Program-made: the position numbers and the translations under genes
Source of the DNA: an uncultured Anaerolineales bacterium
Lineage (GTDB): Bacteria; Chloroflexota; Anaerolineae; Anaerolineales; UBA4823
NCBI GenBank assembly: GCA_937968125.1
Contig: CALBUI010000166.1
Coordinates: 2,293-66,292, forward strand
Reading direction: 5' to 3'
DNA: 64,000 bases
The notes under the pieces: generated by a model
Seen by the model: only the letters and a program-made list of their open reading frames with translations
Told to the model about the DNA's origin: nothing
The model's database searches: none
Shown: positions 21,271-30,238 of the stretch, piece after piece
Layout of the letters: each line of letters opens with the position of its first letter
Numbering within the stretch: the stretch's first letter is position 1

Positions 21271-23217
21271 CTAGCTCCCCATCTTCTCCTTAATCTGTGC
21301 CTTGAGCTCAGCCCTACGCTTAAGATACGCATCCTCGGGCAGCTCACCTGCCTTGTACTGATCGTCCAGGGTCAGAATGGCATCCAGCAGCGTATCCACA
21401 TCCGCATCATCTTCGTCGACGAAGATCTCATCTTCCGTATCATCGTCATCTTCTATCGATTTACCATTGCGGGAGCGCAGGTAAAGCCACCCACCAGCCA
21501 GTATGAGAACAACACCGAGGGCAAACGCCCCGATAATCAAGTTTGTGTTTGATCCCAACACCAATCCCGCCCCACCGGTTCGGGGACGACCAGAAATTTC
21601 GATCCCCAGTTCCGTTCCTTCTGGGACCAGGTCGCTGGTGTACATCCGGTATGGTATCCCCTGTACATCGCGAGTGCCCATATCCATCAGCTGATCACTA
21701 TTAATCCTGATCCCATCTTCTGGTAGCAAGACGATCACCGCGTTGACAGGCAGATCTAGCGGCTGGTTGAAATCATATTTATTCTTATACGGCAGGTCAT
21801 AGGAATAAATTACCTGGTGCTGGCCTGAACCCGGCCTGACAGCCGCGAGATCGCCAAATCCTTCAGATTGCTCTATATAGCGCTCTCCTACCATGCCATC
21901 TTGAAATTGCAGGTTGAGGGCATCACCCGGTACGGAATATGATAATACCGGCTGTCCATCTTCAGGAGCCACCACGATCTGCTCTCCGGAATTAGAGACG
22001 ATGTACATCTCCACCACGCGCAGGATATCGGGTTCGACATATTCAAACAGCAGGTGCAACCGATCAACCGATAAAGCTGAAGTGTCGGTCGTGGTCTCAT
22101 AATACGGGATGATCAAGACCATGTTGGAGTTTTCTGGATCGGCGACGAAAATATCCGAATTATAGGCCACGCCTTCATATTCGGTGCTGGCTAAGAAAGC
22201 GCGACCCTGGGGGATAGGAACCTCTTCAAATGTGTAGAGGCCCTCTTCATCAACTTGGGCTTCCGCTGTATAGGTTTGCTGCATTTGGTCAAATCCATAC
22301 AGGGTGACCATCAATCCAGGTGGAATTTCCCCATCTGAGGTACTGATTACCTGCCCTTCAACCCTACCAAATCCTGCAATGCTCTCGGGTGCTTGTGTTG
22401 CTTGAACGACTTCACCCGATTCAGTTGCCTCAGGTGTGGGAGTGTCGGGTACATCGCTGACTGCTAACCGGGGTGCAAAGGTGAGTGAACGGAGGTATGC
22501 CGCCAGGGTCCGGCGTTCCCCCTCGGAAAGCTGGTCATCAAAAGCAGGCATGTCTGCTCCGATCCCCTCACTGATTGATAGGTAGAGCTGCTCACCTGAA
22601 ATCCCGGCCATCATTTCCTGGTCAGTAAAATCGGTCGCCGGGGTGGAGAGCGTGGCGGCCTCTGTTCCTACCCCATCCCCAAGATCACCGTGACAGGCAG
22701 CACAGTGCTCTTCGTAAAGCATTTCTCCCGCCAGGATCCTATCCGCTGGATTGCTCAGCGAATATGCGTAAGCGACGACATCCCAGCGTTGGCGGTCAGT
22801 CAGGCTGCCGAAAGGCGGCATGCGCCGTTCCAGGTTGCCCTGGGTGACGATGGTGTACCACTCCGTTGGGGAAGATGCCCGGGCTAAGACATCTGTGCCC
22901 AGCGCGGGGGCAGGCACCGGCAGCTGTCCAGCCATTTCTCCATCACCCAGGCCGGTTTCGCCATGACAGGGGGCGCATTTCTCGAGATAGATCGGTTGGC
23001 CTGCAGATGGATCGGGGACGACAATCGGATATAGTGGGCCGCTCAGTGGGGGTTGGGTGGGTTGTTCGAAAGGCACCTCTGCACCGGGAGGCGGGGTGAT
23101 ATCTTCCGCCAGCGAAAATGAGCAGGCTGACAAGAACAATAAAACAAGGATTGAACCGGAAAAGATTTTTATAATAGGTTTGAGGGGGATTGGAACCATA
23201 CGTGATTTATTCGCCAT
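21271..23217 (-). CDS. membrane-anchored di-haem c-type cytochrome with large C-terminal extracytoplasmic domain, TM helix and acidic tail
   Basis: Two CxxCH motifs (CAPCH, CAACH) follow an N-terminal signal/anchor. A C-terminal TM (IIGAFALGVVLILAGGWLYL) is followed by a DDDDTEDE tail. The start is set at ATG 23217 because the longer track ORF overlaps the upstream gene. Confidence 0.75.
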   Translation of the reverse strand: MANKSRMVPIPLKPIIKIFSGSILVLLFLSACSFSLAEDITPPPGAEVPFEQPTQPPLSGPLYPIVVPDPSAGQPIYLEKCAPCHGETGLGDGEMAGQLPVPAPALGTDVLARASSPTEWYTIVTQGNLERRMPPFGSLTDRQRWDVVAYAYSLSNPADRILAGEMLYEEHCAACHGDLGDGVGTEAATLSTPATDFTDQEMMAGISGEQLYLSISEGIGADMPAFDDQLSEGERRTLAAYLRSLTFAPRLAVSDVPDTPTPEATESGEVVQATQAPESIAGFGRVEGQVISTSDGEIPPGLMVTLYGFDQMQQTYTAEAQVDEEGLYTFEEVPIPQGRAFLASTEYEGVAYNSDIFVADPENSNMVLIIPYYETTTDTSALSVDRLHLLFEYVEPDILRVVEMYIVSNSGEQIVVAPEDGQPVLSYSVPGDALNLQFQDGMVGERYIEQSEGFGDLAAVRPGSGQHQVIYSYDLPYKNKYDFNQPLDLPVNAVIVLLPEDGIRINSDQLMDMGTRDVQGIPYRMYTSDLVPEGTELGIEISGRPRTGGAGLVLGSNTNLIIGAFALGVVLILAGGWLYLRSRNGKSIEDDDDTEDEIFVDEDDADVDTLLDAILTLDDQYKAGELPEDAYLKRRAELKAQIKEKMGS

Positions 23218-23242
23218 CCAATAAATTAAATTTCCAAATAGA

Positions 23243-23794
23243 CTAAGCAAGAGCATTGCCGCATTTGGGGCAAAATTGGTCGGATTGCTGGACCGGACGG
23301 CCACACTGTGGGCAGAATCCTGCTGATTTGTCCTGCCTGGAGCGTCTTCGAGCGGCTAATTGAACCTCAACTTCATCATCCGCATCCACCAAAACGGGTT
23401 GTGGCTGTGGCATGGCTTCGGTCTCTGCAGCTGTGGAAGTAGTGATGCGTCGGGCGGCAATCGCTTCTTCGATTCGACGTTCAATTTCGTCCTCGCTGGT
23501 ATCCCCATTTAACTCATCCAGCCGGCGCAGGACCTCAGCCCCCTGAGCAACCAACCGTGCCCGTTGGCCGGCATAATCCTCGCTGGGGATCTTGCCCAAG
23601 GCATTATCGAAATCCAATTCTTCAAGCGCGGTCAGGACTCGATCGCGTTCCGCCAGCAGGGTTGAGAGTTCGTGTTCTTTTTGATCTGCTTCTGGAGTTG
23701 CGTTGACTGTCTCCGGGTTAAGTAAAGGTCGGGCGATAAACAAACCAATTAAAACCAGTAGAGCGAGCAGGAGTAGTACTGAGCCAATATCCAT
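23243..23794 (-). CDS. CcmI-like N-terminal module fused to a C-terminal zinc ribbon
   Basis: N-terminal TM, then LLAERDRVLTALEELDFDNALGKIPSEDYAGQRARL (CcmI/CycH-like helical motif). The C-terminus is FCPQCG...FCPKCG. It sits between ccmG and the cytochrome gene. Confidence 0.5.
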   Translation of the reverse strand: MDIGSVLLLLALLVLIGLFIARPLLNPETVNATPEADQKEHELSTLLAERDRVLTALEELDFDNALGKIPSEDYAGQRARLVAQGAEVLRRLDELNGDTSEDEIERRIEEAIAARRITTSTAAETEAMPQPQPVLVDADDEVEVQLAARRRSRQDKSAGFCPQCGRPVQQSDQFCPKCGNALA

Positions 23795-23847
23795 GATGAT
23801 GATTTCTCTTCCGTGTAAGACTGCCGATTGATCCCTTTCAGTATGAA

Positions 23848-24459
23848 TTAATTTTGAACCGCAAGCAGGGGATCGATCATGCCTTGGATTTCAGCCAGGG
23901 ATAGAAAAGGCGAAATCTTAAACGCGGCCAGTTTCCCGTTTTTATCAATAATATATGTTTCCGGAACACCGCGAATGCGAAAAGCCTGGGAGATCTTCGT
24001 GCGCAGATCCGGGCCGTTGGGGTAGGTAATATCGAACTTCTCCAGATAGATTTGTGCTTCTGTTTCGGTATCAACATAATCGACACCTAGAAATACCACC
24101 TCGCCACCTGGCTCGTAAATCCGCCAGGCAGTCTCTAAATCGGCTGCTTCCTCCTCACAAGGTTTGCACCAGGAAGCCCAAAAATTCAATACGACAACCT
24201 TATCCTTAAGGTCGGCCAGGCTGATCTGCTCACCTTCGAATGTGGTCAGCGTGAAATCTGGTACCGTCTCGCCAACCGTAACCGGGCCCTCCTGGTTCCT
24301 CAGCATCCCGACAGCCAGCAATGCTAATAAGGCAAAAAGCCCGATCCAGGCGGCTAATGCCCCTACCGAAAAGTTTCTACCAAAGATGGCTACCTTTCTT
24401 TTTGACTTCTCTGGCGATTCAACGTTTTCCGGTTCAGGTGGGGTTGGTGTATCTGACAT
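23848..24459 (-). CDS. ccmG: thiol:disulfide oxidoreductase CcmG/DsbE (TlpA/ResA family)
   Basis: Membrane anchor plus a thioredoxin fold with the WASWCKPCEEE active site. Confidence 0.85.
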   Translation of the reverse strand: MSDTPTPPEPENVESPEKSKRKVAIFGRNFSVGALAAWIGLFALLALLAVGMLRNQEGPVTVGETVPDFTLTTFEGEQISLADLKDKVVVLNFWASWCKPCEEEAADLETAWRIYEPGGEVVFLGVDYVDTETEAQIYLEKFDITYPNGPDLRTKISQAFRIRGVPETYIIDKNGKLAAFKISPFLSLAEIQGMIDPLLAVQN

Positions 24460-24501
24460 GGTGTTGCTCCAGTAAAGTTGTGCCGGTTATTGGTTGCGCG
24501 G

Positions 24502-25011
24502 CTACCGGCGCCGCAGTTCTTCCTCAATCCTGGCTGCATATTCGTCATCTTGTTCGGCAAAAGATTGAGATTCTTCCTCACTTACAGGTGGAACCTGCTT
24601 CCAGGCTTTCAGCGCCCGGTAGAGGATATATCCGCCTCCTACGATCGCCAGGGGTGGGATGATATATACCAACCAGTTCAAACCCCGAGCGGGAGGCGCG
24701 GCCAGCACCCGATCACCGTACTGGGCGACGAAATAGTTCTTGATCTCATCTTCTTTCCAACCCTCGGTCAGTTTCTCGCGAATCAATTCACGCCACTGGG
24801 TACAGGCTTGGGTGGGACAGACATCCAGGGGGATATTCTCGCAAACCGGACAGTATAGCTGCTTGGCGATTGCATTGACCTCATCATCAGTAGGACCTGA
24901 TGGAGATATTTCCTGGGCTAAGGCGCCATCCAATGGCAGTAGTATGCCTGTCAGGCTGATCAAGACCAATATCACATAAATGATGAAGAAAGAGCGTCGG
25001 TTAATCATCAT
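24502..25011 (-). CDS. ccmH: cytochrome c maturation protein CcmH/NrfF
   Basis: Signal peptide, LYCPVCENIPLDVC (CxxC) motif and a C-terminal TM. It overlaps the ccmF stop. Confidence 0.85.
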   Translation of the reverse strand: MMINRRSFFIIYVILVLISLTGILLPLDGALAQEISPSGPTDDEVNAIAKQLYCPVCENIPLDVCPTQACTQWRELIREKLTEGWKEDEIKNYFVAQYGDRVLAAPPARGLNWLVYIIPPLAIVGGGYILYRALKAWKQVPPVSEEESQSFAEQDDEYAARIEEELRRR

Positions 25012-27065
25012 GCTTTTGCCGCGGCGTACTGAGCACTACTTGTCTTAACTTTTACTCTCTCCGGATCCCGGTCTGGCCAGGCTGCCACCAGGGTCCCAAG
25101 GATAAACACGAAACCACCCAACCACAACCAGTTCACCAACGGGTTATGGTAGATCTTGAAGGTTGCTCCCGCGGTGGAGATAGGCTGCCAATCGATCAGC
25201 AGGATATAAAAATCGTCCTCCCAGGTGCTGCGTACTCCCGGAATAGTCATCGGCTGTTGGGATTCGTAGTAATAATCTCTGCGAGGATAAAGTTCGCCAA
25301 CATACTGCCCGTCCTTGGACACTGCCATCACAGCCCGGGCCACGTTGCGCCCATCGGCGGTATCGAAGACTGAGAGAGAATTAAAGGCAACTGTATATTC
25401 ACCCAAGGTGATCTGCTCACCCTGGGAGATTGTGCCCTGAGTTTCAGTTTGGAAGACCTCGATGCCGATGATACCAATCGCCATCAACACCACTCCCAGG
25501 TGGATGATATAGCCCCCATACCTGCGCCGGTTGCGACCGGCCAGGTGCCAGAGGGCTACAGGTAAGCTCTCACCCGAGCGGCGGTGCCGGGCTCTTGCCC
25601 CGCGCCAGAATTCGTAGAGCGTGACCGCGGCTACAAAAGCACACAGCCAAAATCCCAGAACCGCGGCCCAGTTGCGGATACCGCTGAACAGGACTACACC
25701 CACCACAACTAACGAGAAAATAAATGGCTTCCATATCGCTCGCCCAAGGGTCTTCATTGAGGAATAGCGCCAGGCTGCCAGCGGGGCTACCCCCATCAGG
25801 AGCAGCAATCCGGCGAACAAGGGAGCTGTGGCGCGTTCATAAAATTGCGGTCCGACGGTGACCTTCTGCCCAGTGAATATCTCGGAGATGAGTGGGAAAA
25901 TTACTCCCCAAAAACAGACGATCAAGATTCCTATAAATAGAAAATTATTTAATAAGAACAGGGCTTCTCGGGAAAAGAGGGAGGTCATTTGGGTCTTAGC
26001 TTTAAGATCGTTCCACCGCCGCAGCAGTAAGGATAACGAGACCACGAAAGTCAAGCCCATAAAGACGAAGAATGCTGGACCAATCGCGCTCTGGGCGAAA
26101 GCGTGCACGGAGGAGAGCACGCCTGAGCGGGTAAGGAAAGTGCCGAAGATGACCAGCTCGTAGGTCAAGATGATCAGGATCATGTTCCAGTGTTTTAACA
26201 TGCCGCGTTTTTCCTGGATCATCACCGAGTGCAGGAAGGCAGTTCCAGTCAGCCAGGGCATGAAGGCGGCGATCTCAACCGGATCCCAACCCCAATAGCC
26301 GCCCCAGCCCAAGACATCATACGCCCAGCGACCGCCAAGAATCAATCCGAGTGAGAGGAACAGCCAGGCGACCAGCGTCCAGCGCCGGGTGATGCGGATC
26401 CAGCGATCGTCGGTGCGCCCGGTGACCAGGGCGGCGATGGCGAAGGCATAGGGAATCACGAAGGACACGAATCCCAGGTACAGCATCGGGGGGTGAATGA
26501 TCATGCCCGGATGGCGGAGGAGGGGGTTCAACCCGCTGCCATCAGCCGGAATGAAAGGAATTGAGTTCGAGGGCTGGAGCATGGCAGTTACAATCCCACC
26601 GGAAGCGGTCTGCCAAAGGCGTACGAAGGGGTTTTCGAAGAAGATACTTAATGCCAGGAAAAATGCCAGGGTCACCAGGGAGACGATGATCACCCAAGGC
26701 AAAAACTCCTGATCGCGCTTCCATTTGCGCAACGTGACTGCGGAGGCAAATGCGGCCAGCAGCCAGGACCAGAATATCAGGGAACCGGGTTGTCCGCCCC
26801 ACAATGCTGTGACCTTTAAATAGAGCGGCATACTGTTGCTGGTAACACTGGCCACATAATCAACCTGGTAGGCGTTCGTGACCAGCAGGTAAATTATGCA
26901 CAGCGCAGATACGGACACCAGTGGGAACGTGAGCAGCATCGCGTTGCGCGCGCTGCTCACCCAGGCATGCTTATTATTGCGCGCTCCATAATACGCCGCC
27001 CCAATGCCGTATATAGAGATTAAGAACGTGATGACGAGAGCACCATAACCTAGATTAGCAACCAT
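25008..27065 (-). CDS. ccmF: cytochrome c haem lyase CcmF
   Basis: About 685 aa polytopic protein with WWD motif WGGYWGWDPVE. ATG 27065 has a GGAG RBS. The track ORF begins at TTG 27092. Confidence 0.9.
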   Translation of the reverse strand: MVANLGYGALVITFLISIYGIGAAYYGARNNKHAWVSSARNAMLLTFPLVSVSALCIIYLLVTNAYQVDYVASVTSNSMPLYLKVTALWGGQPGSLIFWSWLLAAFASAVTLRKWKRDQEFLPWVIIVSLVTLAFFLALSIFFENPFVRLWQTASGGIVTAMLQPSNSIPFIPADGSGLNPLLRHPGMIIHPPMLYLGFVSFVIPYAFAIAALVTGRTDDRWIRITRRWTLVAWLFLSLGLILGGRWAYDVLGWGGYWGWDPVEIAAFMPWLTGTAFLHSVMIQEKRGMLKHWNMILIILTYELVIFGTFLTRSGVLSSVHAFAQSAIGPAFFVFMGLTFVVSLSLLLRRWNDLKAKTQMTSLFSREALFLLNNFLFIGILIVCFWGVIFPLISEIFTGQKVTVGPQFYERATAPLFAGLLLLMGVAPLAAWRYSSMKTLGRAIWKPFIFSLVVVGVVLFSGIRNWAAVLGFWLCAFVAAVTLYEFWRGARARHRRSGESLPVALWHLAGRNRRRYGGYIIHLGVVLMAIGIIGIEVFQTETQGTISQGEQITLGEYTVAFNSLSVFDTADGRNVARAVMAVSKDGQYVGELYPRRDYYYESQQPMTIPGVRSTWEDDFYILLIDWQPISTAGATFKIYHNPLVNWLWLGGFVFILGTLVAAWPDRDPERVKVKTSSAQYAAAKA

Positions 27066-27100
27066 GAATATCTCCAACTGCGTTTTATGCAATTACATGC

Positions 27101-27139
27101 AATGCGTGAAACGTATGGTAATTTCACGTTTCACGCATT
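27101..27139 (-). promoter_or_regulatory. perfect 14-bp intercistronic stem-loop between ccmE and ccmF
   Basis: AATGCGTGAAACGT (27101-27114) / ACGTTTCACGCATT (27126-27139) with an 11-nt loop and no U-run. Confidence 0.5.
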
Positions 27140-27175
27140 AGGTAAACCAATAAAAATGCTAGCTGAGCACCTTAC

Positions 27176-27703
27176 TTAACCTTCACTTTGCCCGGGAACA
27201 GCCTCTTCATATTTCGTGGGGCATTTGAGCAGCAGTTCATCGGCGTAGAAGACCCCATCCTCCCCCATCTCGCCAGTCATGATGGCTTGTGCTTCGTGGC
27301 GCAGGAGATCGGGCTTGGGGCCGACATAAATCACTGGCATGCGCGTGCGGCCGGGATCATTGACCGCGTCATACAGGACTTTCGCCAATCCACCCTGGGC
27401 TTCGATCTCGCTGTTGTCCCCAGGTACGTGGGCGACGGTGAATTCCAGGGTCAGCGTCTCAACATCGTAGACGACCGTATCGCCGATCACCGCGCCAGAG
27501 ACGCGCACATCGCGGCCAATCTCACTGCCCTTTTTGTCCGCCAACTCATCCACAGTTAAAAAATACTGGGCGCTGGCCTGGGTGGAAGTGACGATCAAAT
27601 AAACAATTGCGGCTACAATCAGCAATCCCCCCACGATAAACTTGGCCCGCCCACCCGAACCTGCCTGGGTGGAAACGTCTTGTTCCAAATCTTGGTCTAC
27701 CAT
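27176..27703 (-). CDS. ccmE: haem chaperone CcmE, Cys-type (CxxxY) variant
   Basis: N-terminal TM and an OB-fold-like VRVSGAV...PDLLRHEAQAIMTG region. The C-terminal LLKCPTKYEE stands where the canonical LAKHDEKY sits (Cys codon at 27221-27223). Confidence 0.85.
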   Translation of the reverse strand: MVDQDLEQDVSTQAGSGGRAKFIVGGLLIVAAIVYLIVTSTQASAQYFLTVDELADKKGSEIGRDVRVSGAVIGDTVVYDVETLTLEFTVAHVPGDNSEIEAQGGLAKVLYDAVNDPGRTRMPVIYVGPKPDLLRHEAQAIMTGEMGEDGVFYADELLLKCPTKYEEAVPGQSEG

Positions 27704-27805
27704 ATATAATCCTCACTCAATAATATTATTTCTCTCGACCCTTAATTTTGTCACAAATAGATTAACACAACCTGAGATAATCACGAATATAGAATTAGAA
27801 TGAGA

Positions 27806-28498
27806 TTAATCATTCAAGTCGATCAAACCTGTGCGAATTGCGAATTTTACCAGCTCGGTGGAAGAGTGCAAATTTAGCTTGTGCATGATTCGCTCACGGT
27901 GTCGGGCGACAGTTTTTGGACTGATACCCAATTGCTCGCCGATCTCATTGTTGGTGTACCCCTCCGCGACTGCCTCCAACACCTGCAGCTCGCGTTTGCT
28001 CAACACCTCCAACCCAATCTCTCCTTCTTTTCGTTCCCTGTATTGACGCGCCTCTGGCGGCGTCTGGTTCAGCAGGCGGCGGTAATCATCCAGCAGCCAG
28101 CGGGCCAGGGCAGGCTGCAGATACACATTACCCAAGGCCACACAGCGAATGGCATTGACTAACTCCTCCGCGGCGACCTGCTTGGTGATATATCCCGACG
28201 CCCCGGCGGAGAGCATCTCGAACAGGTACTGTTTATCCTCATGCACGGTCAGGGCGATGATGTAGCATTCTTGATCCAGCTCTTTCAAACGACGCGTGGC
28301 TTCCCTACCATCCATACCTGGCATAGTAATGTCCATCACCACCACATCGGGTTGAACCTCCTGGGCTTTATCGATCGCCTCGCTGCCGCTGCTGGCCTCG
28401 GCAACGACTTGCAACCCTTCTTGCGTTTCCAGGAAGGACTTCAAGCCAGTGCGAACGATATCATGGTCGTCAACTAGCATTACGCGGATAGTGTTCAT
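27806..28498 (-). CDS. NarL/LuxR-family response regulator (REC + HTH)
   Basis: MNTIRVMLVDDHD...DVVVMDITMPGMDG receiver and a C-terminal LSKRELQVLEAVAEGYTNNEIGEQLGISPKTV LuxR HTH. The start is set at ATG 28498, downstream of the kinase stop. Confidence 0.9.
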   Translation of the reverse strand: MNTIRVMLVDDHDIVRTGLKSFLETQEGLQVVAEASSGSEAIDKAQEVQPDVVVMDITMPGMDGREATRRLKELDQECYIIALTVHEDKQYLFEMLSAGASGYITKQVAAEELVNAIRCVALGNVYLQPALARWLLDDYRRLLNQTPPEARQYRERKEGEIGLEVLSKRELQVLEAVAEGYTNNEIGEQLGISPKTVARHRERIMHKLNLHSSTELVKFAIRTGLIDLND

Positions 28499-28517
28499 CT
28501 GGCATCTCCTCAGATAT

Positions 28518-29981
28518 TTATTGTTGGGACCCATTCAAGGGAACGATGACTTCCACAAGCGTCCCCCCACTGACCGGGCTGGAAATTTGCAGCTGGCCTG
28601 CCACCGATTCAACTCGTTCACGCATTCCCTCCAGCCCCCAGCCTCGCTCAGGAGCCTGGGCAATTTCCTGGTCGATTCCCACGCCCTTATCGCGCACCTG
28701 GAGAGTAATTTGCTCGGCTGCAAAGGCCAGTTTGAGGGTGGCTTGTTCGCATTGTGCATGGCGGATGACATTGGTCAGCGCCTCCTGTGCCACGCGGAAG
28801 AGCACTGTCTCGACCAGTGGATCCAGCCGCTGGCGCTGGCCATCAACCTTCATCTCGACCTGCAGGCCAGCCAGTTTATACTCCTCCTCAGCCAAGAACT
28901 GCAATGCGGGAACCAGACCCAGATCGTCCAGCTGGGCGGGTCTCAAATCGTGCACCAGACGGTAGATGCCTTTGGACATCTGCCTGGTCTGGGATTGCAG
29001 ATCATCGATCATCTCGCGTGTTTGCGGCTCATCTGGGATCAAATTCTTTAGAGTTGCCAGGTTGAGGCTCAGCGCGGTCAAGAATTGGGCCGTCTCGTCA
29101 TGTAATTCCCTGGCAATGCGGCCACGCTCCTCCTCCTGGGCGATGACCGTGTGGCGCAGCAGCTCGCGGCGCAGGGCCTCCCGTTCTTCGAGATCTTTCC
29201 GCACCTGCTCCAGGGCTTCCAATCGCTCCTGCTGAGCAGACATGAGCTGTTCCTCACGTTCGCGGTCGACAACCTGAATGGCCTGGATCAGGTTTACAGT
29301 CACCAGGGCCGCCATCCCCGCCCGGACTAATTGAACCGGGAATCCGGCGAAGCTCACAAACACTGCCGAGTTGATCACGTTTGCAGGAAACATGTCGATC
29401 GGACCCACAAAAATCTGGGTCACCCCATACAGGCCAAAACCCAGAGCTGCCCAGCGAAAGCGGCGAGCGATAATTACGCGTCCTTCTATCTCCACCTGCT
29501 GAGCTCGTTTACGTAAACCCAGGCCAGCCAGGATGCCTCCTGGTACTGCCAGAAAATATCGTGCCAGCGTATCAGCCGGAGAGAGCAGCAAGTCCGGGCG
29601 CAGTCGGATGACGCTCAACAGAACGATGGCATACAAACCCAGCATGCCCATCAGTATGAGCAGTGGGAATTCGTAACCTCGTTCAGGCCCAATCAACATC
29701 AGCAGCCCGAAATAAATCAAGGGAATGAAGGATAGCACCAACAAAGCATAGCGCAGCCAATTGATCTGTTCCGGAAAGGGCACACCCAACCAAATGCCCT
29801 GCAGCAAGAGGATTTCGATCCATTCATGCATCCCGTGCAGCAATCCAAAGACTGCCAGCGGGCGCAGCACGCGCCTTTCAGCCAGGCGCGGGGCGCGCAT
29901 CGTCTCCAGCGCGAGGGCGATACCCATGCTGAAGAATGCCAGCCCGTAGATGAAAAAGATGACGACAATGTCCCACTGCAT
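28518..29981 (-). CDS. sensor histidine kinase (polytopic N-terminal sensor, HisKA_3, HATPase)
   Basis: About 7 N-terminal TM helices, a coiled coil, H-box ARELHDETAQ and an ATPase region (NVIRHA...DKGVGI...GWGLEGMRERV). Confidence 0.85.
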   Translation of the reverse strand: MQWDIVVIFFIYGLAFFSMGIALALETMRAPRLAERRVLRPLAVFGLLHGMHEWIEILLLQGIWLGVPFPEQINWLRYALLVLSFIPLIYFGLLMLIGPERGYEFPLLILMGMLGLYAIVLLSVIRLRPDLLLSPADTLARYFLAVPGGILAGLGLRKRAQQVEIEGRVIIARRFRWAALGFGLYGVTQIFVGPIDMFPANVINSAVFVSFAGFPVQLVRAGMAALVTVNLIQAIQVVDREREEQLMSAQQERLEALEQVRKDLEEREALRRELLRHTVIAQEEERGRIARELHDETAQFLTALSLNLATLKNLIPDEPQTREMIDDLQSQTRQMSKGIYRLVHDLRPAQLDDLGLVPALQFLAEEEYKLAGLQVEMKVDGQRQRLDPLVETVLFRVAQEALTNVIRHAQCEQATLKLAFAAEQITLQVRDKGVGIDQEIAQAPERGWGLEGMRERVESVAGQLQISSPVSGGTLVEVIVPLNGSQQ

Positions 29982-30132
29982 GGCTAATAATTATCCTTAT
30001 GACATGCAAAATGAATTGGGCTTTTCAACCCAAAGCTATTGTACAGCAAACCCCTGAAATCATGTCTCGTAGACATATGACATACATCATGTACCACAAG
30101 TTACAAATGGACTTATTTTTGATTAATCTATG

Positions 30133-30194
30133 GGGTAAAATTGTTGGGTAAAGTTACCCATATGTGAGAAATTTCCCAAATGTGAATGGGTAAA
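30133..30194 (+). promoter_or_regulatory. cluster of GGGTAAA motifs including perfect palindrome TGGGTAA-AG-TTACCCA upstream of the octahaem gene
   Basis: GGGTAAA at 30133, 30146 and 30188. The palindrome lies at 30145-30160. TACCCAT (30155-30161) matches the NarL heptamer TACYYMT. Confidence 0.4.
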
Positions 30195-30238
30195 AATACA
30201 ATTCTAAGGATCAAAGCATTATCTGAGGAGGATGGCCT

